Assembly (NCBI RefSeq): GCF_038025025.1
Contig: NW_027117348.1
Span: forward strand, 558,001 to 622,000
Reading direction: 5' to 3'
Length of the DNA: 64,000 nucleotides
Source of the DNA: Phyllosticta citribraziliensis
Taxonomy: Eukaryota
Part shown: in pieces, positions 49,201 to 60,363 of the stretch
Numbering within the stretch: position 1 is the stretch's first letter
Layout of the letters: every line of letters starts with the position of its first letter
The notes under the pieces: generated by a model
The model's database searches: none
What the model saw: the letters and a program-made list of their open reading frames with translations, nothing else
What the model was told of the DNA's origin: nothing
Position numbers and translations under genes: made by a program

Positions 49201-50356
49201 TAGTCTACTGATACTATGACTTTGGGATTGTTGGGAGCATTCTTACCGGTTTGGAAGAGATCGTGGATGATCAAGGAAGCCCAGTAAAAGAGAATGCTGG
49301 AAACCTTGTTGGGATGTTCTCGAAACTCCTCTCGAGCAAACACAGAATCAAAGATGAGGCCTGGGTCGGGAAGTGCTCCCGGCTGAACGATCTTGGGCTG
49401 CACGCTGCGAGCGTATGGGGTGTTTGCTTTTAAATGTTAGCGTTGGTCAGTAATTTTCAGAAACGCCTTACCTGCTCCCAAATGGGGATACATTATGTTC
49501 TGCGACTGTCAGCTGATCCTGTCACGTAATGAATGCTCCATGGCAATCCGCCTGTCTGAATGCCTCCCTGCCGCAGCGCATGAATGCTCCGGATCCACCG
49601 ACTGCTTTCGAATTTGCCTGTTTTTTCGAGTCTGTCCCAGGAATCTTGCTTCAAAATTCGAACGGCGGTGTACGGGCTTCAAGGCTATATTGTTGGAGAA
49701 GTGGAGAACTGTGCGCAAGACTTACGTTGAAGGAGCCATCCGCCATGCGGTACGTAAATCGGTCACCAAGATATCTAACAAAGTCAGCACCGATTCTTGA
49801 AATCTGGCATGGAATCATACGAGACAGGAGGGTGCTGCAGACAGTCCCACAACTCGTCGACAAATGCATTTGTGAGATCTGTTCGGACTGCAGAATTTCC
49901 TGGAAGAGCGGCGACGAGCTACCGAACGCATTAGTAGGACTCAAACATACCAAGAAATTTACTTGCCTGGATCACGCGCTCCATCAGATATGTCTTGTCG
50001 TCAATGAGCTCCTTCTTCGCCTTGTTGGTAAGTACATCCTTCAGAGTTTTGTAGTCCTTGATGCCCAAAGATTTGAGATTGTCCATCAAACCAGCCGAGG
50101 ACTGCTTTTGAACATACGACCCATCGCCCGTCTGAGTTGGCAAGGGCCGCTGAGACGCGTGGAGAACGGTAGCGAACTGAGTAAACACGCTGTTACCGGC
50201 ATCCTCATCTAAGCTCGCGTCAGAGTGCGAATCCTTGGGAGAAGCGCGTTCGTCTGGACTGGTCGGATGGGCGCTGTCTTTTCGCGAGGTGCCATTCGCA
50301 GTCCCGTTCTCCTTCTTCTTGTCGCGTTTGAAATTGGTAGAGATACGGCGCAGCAT
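46263..50356 (-). CDS. ppoC: Fatty-acid heme dioxygenase-cytochrome P450 fusion (Ppo/linoleate diol synthase family), PpoC/10R-DOX-like with intact P450 cysteine; about ten introns including a 28-nt microexon at 49472-49499
   Basis: N-terminus MLRRISTNFK; DDKTYLMERVIQ; YRMADGSFN; distal His IIHDLFQT; FNRFHNYVV; DLFQTGRLITCGLY; DYLRSIVNL; catalytic Tyr/proximal His AEFNLVYRWH; LNEFRKFFGL; LVRGDRFYT; CYP domain PNQAQ, EAIR (ExxR) and YGAGPHTCLG; last exon SWQVCYDGELPPLKAL*. Confidence 0.93.
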
Positions 50357-51007
50357 TTTCGGGGCTTGCCACACGGTAACTGCAAAGAAAAGAGTGAGAA
50401 AGGTGATGGAGACCGTGGAAAGAGTCATTGGGAATGTACGTCAGTTTATTGTGCCGATTGCAACCAATGATCGAGATAGACGGCAGATTGCTGCAAAGTT
50501 ATCAAAATTGCAGGCCGAGTGCAAGCAAACCAGTCCTTGAAAAGCTATGTATGTAGGAGATCGGCAGGGTGTTGGTACCAAGTACTACAGATGTGCGCGC
50601 ACCAACACATCATAGCTTGACGCAATGGGACTCAAGGCATGCGGTGATTCCGAGTCGCCAAGGAGTCCTTTTGGACCTACTCTGGGAAGAGATCATCGCC
50701 TACGCAAGCCATCGATTGAGGCAACTCAGCCAGTGGGTGTGCTTTTGCTCCAAGTCCGCCAATTGTCGTGTTAACAATGTCAAGAGCACGTACGATTGGA
50801 TCGGCGCGTGCAGAAGAGATGTGCGAAGAGACTCCACAGTGCTTGCCTTTGGCGACCTCGCGGCAGGCTCCCGTCGGGTATGATGCATCACCTGAGGCAG
50901 TGGGTTCTACAAAAGAAATATTGTCAAGGCTCCACAGCGCCAGTCTGGTGCATGAGGTCTTGTCAGCGGCTCCGAGGCGACGGGATATGGAGATACCTTA
51001 AGAGAGG

Positions 51008-51154
51008 GATGCCAGACGTGGCTCAGAAAAATCAAGCAGTCGTCACATCAGGAGCATTCGGTAGTGTCCGGAGAGAGATGGCTTTGGAGAGTGACGCCAG
51101 ACGTGGCTCTAGAAAAATCAAGTAGTCGTCACATAAGGAGCATTCGATGGTGTC
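51008..51154. repeat. Direct duplication of an element of about 60 bp (period about 85 bp) in the divergent ppoC/DUF2235 intergenic region
   Basis: GA(T/C)GCCAGACGTGGCTC(T)AGAAAAATCAAG(C/T)AGTCGTCACAT(C/A)AGGAGCATTCG(GTA/ATG)GTGTC at 51008 and 51093. Confidence 0.88.
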
Positions 51155-51924
51155 GATTGGAGGAGGTGGCGAGCTGAAATCGACCACTTGATACGCCAAT
51201 CGTTGGTTTTAGAACGCCCTGTTGGTAGCATTCACGTATACGAGCCGAGTTAGAGGTGCGGTGCGACGAGACGCAAAGTGAGGAGCGGCTACAGGTCATG
51301 TCCCAGTAAGCCACGAGCGACAGGCGAGCTGCCGCAGGTGAAAAGGTGATGTCCAATACAGAAGAGGGGATTGGCCCCCAAGCGATCTTCGCAAGGGCAG
51401 GTCATCGGCCGTACAACAATGGAGATTTGGACGAGGCGAATGAGAGATGTAGAGAGTTGGAGGAGAGAGGTGTTGTGGTGCCGCTGAGCGCAGTGGTGGG
51501 CGGAGGCGCTCGGGCCACAGCCGTACAACACCACGGCATCGCCTATGGCCGGCGACCACAGCTCGCACAACACTGACGTCTGCCCTGCACGCTGCCGCCA
51601 TGGACCCGCGGCCTACGAAAAAGCTCCATGTATCCCAATGCTACGGCGAAGACCGGTGAAGCTGTGCTTCTCATAGCAGCCAAACAATGCGCCGATCAAT
51701 GGTCAATAGGAATGCTGTGGTCACCGGCAATCTCGTCCCCGCCCTGTCCAACACCATGGCGACAGGTCTCACCCGCGCTTGCCGACAGCTTCATTGTCTG
51801 TGGCTTCATTGCCAACTGCAACCATTTGTCGATCATGTGCTGGCGCCATTTCTCTTGCTTCCAACCACCTCATAAATCTGGGCATGCTTGAGGCTCATCC
51901 TGGCAAGCACCGACTTCATCAATC

Positions 51925-54274
51925 ATGTCTCCTGAGGATGCGCCGTTCATTTTGGGGCGAAGCTCGAGGGGAGCCAGCCCCAGAGGTGATGTGCAATACC
52001 AGCCTGCACAACTTGCCCTTCAGAAGCGTGGCCAGCGGAAATTCGTCTTGTGTTTTGATGGAACTGGCAACAAGTTTTCCGGCACCAATTCCGACTCCAA
52101 TATTTTGAAGATATACCGGATGCTCGATAGAGGTATTGCATCTCTCTAATCTTCTTCTTCCCTCACATATGAGACTATACCTCTCCTCTTTCCTCCCCTT
52201 TATATTCTATCTCCGCCATCTGTAATGCACCATGTCTCCCTGTCTGCTCTATTCCTCTCCTGTCTTATCCCACCACACATCCATCTCTAAACCATTCCAT
52301 AGGAGACAAGTCACAATTCCATTATTACCAGCCAGGTATCGGTACCTACGTGACAACTGGCTCCTACAGCCATACCTCTCATTATGCGAGGTTCAAGTCT
52401 TGGTATCTCAAAGCCAAAGACTCTGCCATTGGGACATCCTTTGCCGAACATGTCATGGGCGGCTACAAGGTTAGTATTCCACTCAAAGTCCTGTACTTTT
52501 GTTCACCCGCATGACAGTTCCTTATGCGCTACTACCTCCCCGGGGATGAAATCTACTTTTTCGGTTTCTCCCGAGGGGCTTATACCGCTCGTTTCCTGGC
52601 AGAGATGCTCGATCATATCGGGTTGCTCACTGCCGGAAACGAAGAAATGTGCCGCTTCGCCTGGAAGACGTTCCAAAAGTGGCAAACTCGCCAAGAGCGT
52701 ACCGAAGAGGAGAGAAAAGAAAAAAAATACCTCCTCGACTTCATGTGCGCCTTTCGTGAGACCTTCAGCCGTCCAGTGCGTCGCATCCGTTTTCTGGGAC
52801 TGTTCGACACGGTCAACAGCGTCCCTACGTTTGAGAACGCGTGGATGCAGCGCAGCAAGTTTCCCTATACGGCACGTAGTACCGCAAGGGTGATTCGACA
52901 CGCCGTCGCCATTGATGAGAGACGAGCCAAGTTCCGCCAGGACCTCATTTCAGAAGTCAAAACGACCAAAAAGCGCCACCGTCACCATCGATGGGACCTT
53001 GCGATACGCCCTAACGTTGTTGAAGAGGACGAGGATCACCTGACGGTCCGCAACAAGCCAGAGCAAAGCCCTTCCCACAGTCCGGAACGGCACAATGCCT
53101 TTGATCGCGGTGTTGATCGCGGCCTAAGTGTCCCGAGAAATACCCCGAGAGCCTACAGAGATAGCTCAGAGACGTCTGGCTTGCGATCTCTCAGCCCAGG
53201 CCTGTCTCCAACTGGATTTAGAGGCCGTTCTCGTGCCGTCAGTGATGTTTCACAGCTCTCGTCGGCACCCGACTTACACGACACGGGGTACGACTCGGAC
53301 CATGATCCGCAAGATATTCAGGAAGTCTGGTTTGCCGGATGTCACGCGGTAGGAGCTTCGTCCATCACCTGTCCACCAAGCGAATCACTGACACCGAACA
53401 GGACATTGGCGGCGGATGGCCTCTCCACAAAGACGAAGACACGGCACTGAGCCACATACCACTCGTGTGGATGGTGCGCGAGGCACAGCGGGCGGGACTG
53501 CAGTTCGACGAGAAGAAACTGCGCGCGCTCAACTGCTGCGCCGTCGACGAGCCGTCAGAGTACGTACGGCGTGACACGGTCATTGCATCGACCATGCCCT
53601 CGCCCATGCCGTCGAATATGCCATCGACCATGTCGTCGCCTGTCGGGTCGCCGCAGCCAGTACCGCCCATCAACGTCATCCACCCGTCTCCAATGAACGA
53701 AAACGGTCCGTTCCAGTCTGAAGAGGCTGGGGTCCGCAAGCTCCAGCACAACGATCAAAACAGCACCCATAACCACGGAAACGACGGCAAATATGAAGAA
53801 GACAACAGAGAGAACGGGGACAACAGAGAAAACAGAAAGAAGAGTGAGCACGACAACAAACACATCAAGCCCACCAAAAAAGAATTCCACGCCTCCCTCC
53901 ACGCGGCCGCGACGCGGGGCAAAGTGCACGACGTGCTCTGCTTCAACAACGGCGTCCCGCGCTTCAGCGTCATGTGCTGGAACCTGATGGAGTGGATCCC
54001 GTTCCGGCGCATGGACCTGTGCGAGGACGGGTCGTGGAAGAGCATCACCTGGCCGCTGCCCAAGGGCGAGGTGCGCGACGTCCCCATGGACGTCCGCGTC
54101 CACCACTCCGTCATCAAGCGCATGCAGCACGATCCCGAGTACCGCCCTGGAAACCTCATCGTTGGCGGCGGTGGGAGGGGTGTCAGGAAGGCTCCGGAGG
54201 AGATGGGTATGGGGAGGTGGAAGATTGTGGGCGAGGAGGGTGATCCGATTGGGGAGACGCACGCGAGAGCTTGA
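51925..54274 (+). CDS. DUF2235 / Tle1-like alpha/beta hydrolase (putative phospholipase); model join(51925..52132,52303..52469,52518..53348,53402..54274)
   Basis: [26 protein letters not shown], nucleophile elbow [49 protein letters not shown] and PLVWM; Ser-Asp-His triad candidates intact; GT-AG introns restore the frame. Confidence 0.9.
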
Positions 54275-55008
54275 GTGGTGGTGTTGGGATGTAGAATTAT
54301 TAGTAATGAAGTTAATGTCAAAGAGCAGAGTGGACCAGTTATTCATGCCTCGAGAACGAAGCAAACCCCAGCTTTCGTCCCGCCGTGCAGTTTGGCCAGT
54401 GAAGTGGAGGACAGCGCCCGACAGCAAATACATCATACAAGCTCTTCCGAATGGAAAAAGAAACAACAAGATCATGACACCAAGTCTTCAACCACTCACC
54501 TGCCTCCAGATCCACAGAGCAAGACGATTGCAACTGCGAAGCTGTACAGTCTGTTGTCCCTTGGCCGACTGCTTCCACCCCGTCTCGTATATATCTAGCC
54601 CTGGCCCGGGGCGGGAACTTCTGAATGCTCCATGTTGCCGTTTGCACCGAGCCGAGATCAAGCCTTTGGGCTTGACGATCGCTTATTCTGGCCGAAGAAG
54701 TCAACGGGTCGCAAATTTGTGCCGTATTCCCACGGCACGCCGAGGTCTTTCACTGGTCGAATTTAGCCTGGTACATGAAAATCGACGGATGGCAAACGGA
54801 GAGAAGGGAAATAAGCATGAAGACATGATGTCGACGTGGAAAAGTAGCTGAATTGGCAGTCTTGAGAATGCATCTGCTTCGTGCCGTGGTTGCAAGAGTT
54901 TGGACCTGCCCAAATGAAGGCAGCACTGTCATTACAGTTCATGATCTCTATTCCTCAGCCAAGCTCCTTGATATATGCGACATCCGCCCACGAGTCCGCC
55001 GAGTCCCC

Positions 55009-55860
55009 TTAGTCCTTCTTCAAGTCCTTGTAAACCTCCTGGATGCCGTCTCTCGTGATGATCATCATCTGCAGTCCGTCACCGACCTCGATATGCCTCT
55101 CCACCGCACTCGAGAATGCATCCTCCACCAACTCCTCGACGTCCTTCCTCGGCAACGGCTCGCGCGGCCTCTCGGCCAACGCATGGCCCACACCACTGCC
55201 CGGGACGTACTGGTTCTTGAAGTTGACCTGATTGTCGAGGAACGGCATGATCAGGCTGGCGGCGGCACCCGCTGCGCGGCACTGCTCGCGTTCGTAGGAT
55301 CCGACGGGATCGTAGCTGTACAGGGCGCCGCGGCCCTCTTCGTCCAAGCCGCCCAGGATTGCGTGCACGTAGTAGGGGAAGAAGCGCTTGTTGTAGAGGA
55401 TGTGCGAGAGACGCTGGGCGCAGGCGCCGACGCTCATCGGCTTGCCGTGCTGGTACTTGTACATCTTGACGATCGTGTCGAGGCGTTCCTTGAGGGCCGC
55501 TCCGTCGGCCGCGAAGCCTACTACTGCGAGCACCATCCGAGCGCCTTCGTTGTTGGAGCCTTCGCCTCCGATCTTGAACAGCTTGGGCGAGTAGCGGGTG
55601 TTGATGTTGTAGCCGGACGTGCTGCGGGTGTCGCCAGCGAGGATCGAGAAGTCTTTGCCGGAGATGCCCAGGGTGGAACCGCCATTGTCAGTGTAGCTGA
55701 GAAAGATTAGCTACGTAAAGGGACGCTGGAGAGGGTGAGAGCCATACGGGTAGAAGCCGTGTTGCCTCTCGCCTGATGCCTGTGTTGCGGTCATGGGCGT
55801 CTGTCTGAATGAATAGCCTGGGGCGCCATTTGGCGGAGCACCGGTGAAAATCGACGCCAT
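55009..55860 (-). CDS. PRE7: 20S proteasome subunit beta 6 (PSMB1 type); intron 55697-55747
   Basis: FYPYTDNGGSTLGISGKDFSILAGDTR, LY.KRFFPYYV, YSYDPVGSYERE, PFLDNQV, ERHIEVGDG and C-terminal LKKD. Confidence 0.95.
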
Positions 55861-56080
55861 TTCGAGGTGTGGAGAAGGTGCAGATGGAGTTCGGGAGGAG
55901 AGATGGTATGGTGGAGGACGATGAGGCGATTCGGCAGTGGAGGAGTGTTGGATGTTGTGAGGTTGACGGTGGAGCTGGGAAGCTCACGTAGCTGCGAGCT
56001 GCCTGGCGCGCCAAGCCCACCAACCCCGGATCGATGTCACCGCGACGGCTCGTCCCTGCCCCGAACACAACACTCGTACA

Positions 56081-57073
56081 ATGCTCGGACTTGACGACTA
56101 TGGGAGCAGTGAAGATGAGGGCGTAAACGCTTCTCAGAACAAGCAGGTAAGAACACGGTTATTGAAGGACGAACCCGAATGGACGGATGGCTACTAATTG
56201 TGGACGTCTTAGACGGCCAAACCCGCGTCGGCGATTACCCCAGAGCAGGCAAAAGACTGTAAGACGGCGAATTCAAAGTTTCCAAACAAGTCTGAGATTT
56301 TTGCAGCAAACGGCGTGGCGGAAGAGCAGCCAGATCAAGCATCTCAACCATCAATCCCACCCGCCGACACAGAGCCTGCTCGAGGACCCTCATTTCCTCA
56401 AAGACGAGACGTACCAGAAGACGCTCCAGCACCTGGACCTGCAGCACCTCCAATCAATGATCCAGGCGACTCGAATGGTGCAGATTCGGCGCCACTATCG
56501 CCATACTCTGCCGCACGCGCGGCAGTAAGAAGCTTGACCATGCCAAAAGAACCCAACTTCGACATTCCACCGTCGCCTCCAGGATCTCCTCCTGCCAAGT
56601 CTACCGCACAATTCTCGCATTTCCTCGAAATCAAGAAGAAGGGCCATCATTTCAACGACAGACTAGAAAATACTTCTGCGTTGCGAAATCCAAGCTTGCT
56701 GCAGAGGCTGCGGACATTTGCTGGAATTGACGGCGAACATCAATATGCTACGACGCTGCCGGAGGATGTGGCCTTGCCGACAAAGTTTCCACGTTGGGCG
56801 TATGCGGAAGAATTGGCCAAATCGCAGCAGGACATTGGACGAAAGCGGGAGGAGGAGCAAAGAAAAAGCCAAAGAGTAGATTTCGTGCCAGAGGGTTCGT
56901 CCGGGCTAGGCTTGGGCAGCGGAAAGGGCACCAGCATGGCGGAGAGGGTGAGAGCGGGGCTAAGTAGGGAGAGCTCTGGGTCGCCGGCTACATCGGATAG
57001 CGGCAAGCGAAAGGAGGATCAGAGGAGAGATCACGATGATGATAGGCGGAAGAGGAGTAGGTTCGACAGGTGA
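56081..57073 (+). CDS. SAP30-binding protein / HCNGP-domain protein; intron 56147-56212, possible second stop-free intron about 56259-56306
   Basis: MLGLDDYGSSEDE N-terminus; IPPSPPGSPP; HFNDRLENTSALRNPSLLQRL..FAGID..QYATTLP; WAYAEELAKSQ; VDFV; C-terminal RKRSRFD. Confidence 0.82.
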
Positions 57074-57458
57074 AAGCTTGGAGTTGATGCTGGCGATGCG
57101 GGCTGGATGGGAAGATGCTCATGATGCTGTCCAACGCGAGCCAGCCACGACAATTCCCAGCTGAGGCGGTCTCCATCTCGAATTCATTAAAATACCCAGA
57201 AACTAGCCAGAGCCGATAAAATAGGGCGGCAGCATACAAATACCATTTCCATTCAATGATGATTATGTAACGGGTCTGCGCCATGTGATTGGCCAGGCAG
57301 CTACCAGCCTGCGCGTCCGACGACAGCTCCAGAGCTTCAGTCTCCAACACCACCACCACCCGACGTCCATCTCTCCATTTTCCACCACGTTCCCCTCCAA
57401 CCTCCTCACCTCACCCGAAACCTCCTCGTCCCATCCGACCACTTCCGCATCCGCCAAA

Positions 57459-58487
57459 ATGAACCACCTCCCGCAAGCCTGGGGCCGAGTAAGACGTCAC
57501 CACCGGTAGCCTGTCCGGCCCATGAGCTATAGCTAACACTCCCATCACAGCCCAGAGATGATGTCTACGGCGCCTACGACCACTCTTTCCTGCAGCAGGC
57601 TGGCCCGACACAACACACACAACAACCGATCGTGACGGGTACTAGCGTGGTGGCGGTCAAGTTCAAGGATGGCATTGTCATGGCGGCCGACAACCTAGGT
57701 ACGTGGACCGGAGCCTACATCTCTACCATGCCATATTATATTCCTGGAGGCGAATCACAACCTTTCGCCTTTCCGCGGTTCCAGTCTCCCGCAGAGATTC
57801 CCGCAGAGTTGCCCGCAGAGTTGAAGCTGACAGCCAACAACAGCATCGTACGGCTCCCTCGCCCGCTTCACCGATGTCAAACGGCTGCGACAGTTTGGCC
57901 CGCACACGGTTCTCGGCTTCGGCGGCGACGTCAGCGACATGCAGTACCTCGACCGGCTCCTGACGTCGCTCTCGATCCGCGAGGAGTACAGCGCGTCGTC
58001 AGGTTCAGCCGACGACGACAGCACCAACACCTCGGACGCGACACTCAACGCCAAGAACCTGCACACGTACGTGTCCAAGGTGCTGTACAAGCGCCGCAGC
58101 GACTTCAACCCGCTGTGGAACGTGGTGCTGATCGGCGGCTTCGACCACGGCGGCGCGCCCTTCCTGGCCAGCGCCGACCTGCTCGGCACCACCTTCAGCG
58201 CGCCCGCGCTCGCCACGGGCTTCGGTGCCCACCTGGCCACGCCCGTCCTGCGCCGAGCCGTCCCGGACGAGGCCGCCGCCGCCAACCTCAGCCGCGAGGA
58301 CGCCGTCAACCTCGTCAAGGAGTGCATGAAGGTCCTGTTTTACCGCGACGCGCGCAGCTTGGACCGCTACTCGATTGCCGTCGTGCAGAAGGACAAGGTG
58401 CTTGAGCTCAAGCAGGCGGAGCAGCTGGAGAAGCAGAGCTGGGCTTTTGCCGACCGGATTCGCGGTTACGGAACGCAGGTGAATTAG
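57459..58487 (+). CDS. PRE4: 20S proteasome subunit beta 7 (PSMB4 type); introns 57489-57550 and 57699-57843
   Basis: TQQPIVTGTSVVAVKFKDG..AADNL^ASYGSLARF, GDVSDMQYL, LYKRRSDFNPLWN, LATGFGAHLA.P.LR, CMKVLFYRDARS and W.FAD.IRGYGTQ. Confidence 0.95.
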
Positions 58488-59439
58488 ATGGATGCGGCCG
58501 TTTTGGTTGGGCTATAGAACAGCTGGGGAGAGTGCGGGGGAACAAGTTCAATCGCGCTTTTGAAGTTGAGCCGGCTCGAAGGCATGGATCCAATGAGACA
58601 GGGCAAAGACATGGAAGTGGTGACAGAAGCCGGACAAGAATCTACCATCAAACATCCACAGACCTGCTTGTGACGACGCCATGGAAATTGTCCCACGTGT
58701 AATAAACCAACGCCGCAGTTGATGACAGACAACGCAGCCTCAGGTATCAGCCAGTCAAAACGGCACGACTCGACCACGGCAAAGTCTAACATTAAGCTTA
58801 ATTTTATTCCATCTTCTCGTCACCGGGATCTACAATTATGGCGACAACTGCTCACATATCCAAAGACTTTCCTGCCTTCTCGCTTGCTTTTCGCTCCACG
58901 AGTCCGCCAGCCATCCAACTCTTTCCCAAGTGCCACCCATCCCATGATGCAGAACAAAGCCAAACCCCAAGAGCAATGCAGCCAAAGACCAAATCTATTA
59001 AATGGTATATCATAGCCGCGACGCGCCACTCCCCTCCATGCACCCGTGCGATCGATGCAAGTCACCGCCCGGCCTGGTATCAAAAAGGACAAAAGAGAAA
59101 GAGAAAGGAGGTGGGAGAGAAATGCAGTGTTCTAGTTCGTGTCGTCGTAACGCCTTCTCCCCGACGATCTGTGTGCGATGCCGTCTCCCATCACGTCGCG
59201 CGTGCGTGCGAGGGGAGAAAAGTGGATCGAGGGGGAGAATGTAAAGGGGGAGGGAGGAAAGGGATATGTCCAGATTGGAAGAGAAATGCTGCGCCATGCA
59301 ATGCGACGCCATGCAGCTATGTCATGCGGAAACGCCTGTAGCCATGCAACTCCACGCCTCCTTTTCGGTATGTACGTGTATCAAGTCGCTCGCACACAAA
59401 ATGCACAGCCGAGCTCATCCACACTCAGCACGCGAACAA

Positions 59440-60363
59440 TCAAAAGTGGCCGGCGGCGGCAGGGCTGGCGGTGGCGCCGCGCGGGGGGTAGCCGTTGGCC
59501 ATGGGCGGCAGGTTGCGGTGGTCCTCGTACAGGCGGTCTTGGGAGCCGCTCTCGGCCATTTCGACGGCCGTCTCGCGGCTCTGGTGGTGCTTTGTGCGGA
59601 CGGCGGGGATGAAGTCGACGAAGAAGGACCAGACGTAGAACGTGTAGATGAGCGAAATGACCCACTCGAGGATGGCGGCCATGTTGTAGCGTTCCTGCCG
59701 GTTCATGACGCCGAACGCGATGGCGAGGCCCAGCTCGATGATGATGAAGCCAATCTTGATCCAGAAGGAGAGGTGGAGGATGCTGTGGCGGTGGTGCACG
59801 CCTAGCCGTTGGTACTCGACGCAGATGGCAATGGCTGATACGATGTATCCAGCACTAATGGAAACGTTAGATGTGAGGTCGCAAGGGGCGTGGCGGTGAA
59901 GCTTACATGAAAAGGACAAGGAAGACATCGTGGAGGTTCGGGTGGCGCTTGGTATCAAAAATGGAGAGGAGAATGAGACCAGCGGCACCGGCGATGGCGG
60001 CAATGATGCAGATGATGGAGCAAATCTTTTGGAACCACGATGTGTTGGGGTGCAGGCGTCCGCTGTGTCGCAACCAGCGCTCAAAGATGAAGACGAGGTC
60101 AAAGGACACCACCGTCACTGCGCTCATGGCAATGAACATGGGCTTCAACTTTTCAGCGCCAATGTTGGAGATGTACCTATTGCCATGTTAGGCAGTTGAT
60201 CTGCAACTGAAAAGCGTGCGACTTACGCTATGTGTTGGTTCTCATTCATGGACGAGTAGTGTGGCTCGCCGTCGACAACCCATGTCAACAGCATGCCCAA
60301 AAGCATTGCGAGCCATATAACGCCCGAGAAGAGAGGAACGATCCAATACGATATCCCCCACAT
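59440..60363 (-). CDS. SFK1: Frag1/DRAM/Sfk1-family multipass membrane protein (two introns)
   Basis: MWGISYWIVPLFSGVIWLAMLLGML..W....PHYSSM...Q.IA^YISNIGA..LKP.FI, ERWLRHSGRL, LLSIFDT.RH..LH, SFWIK and AAILEWVISLIYTFY.WSF..D. Confidence 0.85.

Noticed and set aside
4657..51154. Direct repeats at 4657, 36427 and 51008 considered as CRISPR-like arrays or LTR/TIR ends
   Set aside because: Eukaryotic context, only 2-3 imperfect units, no spacer regularity, no TG..CA ends, target-site duplications or transposase/RT ORFs.
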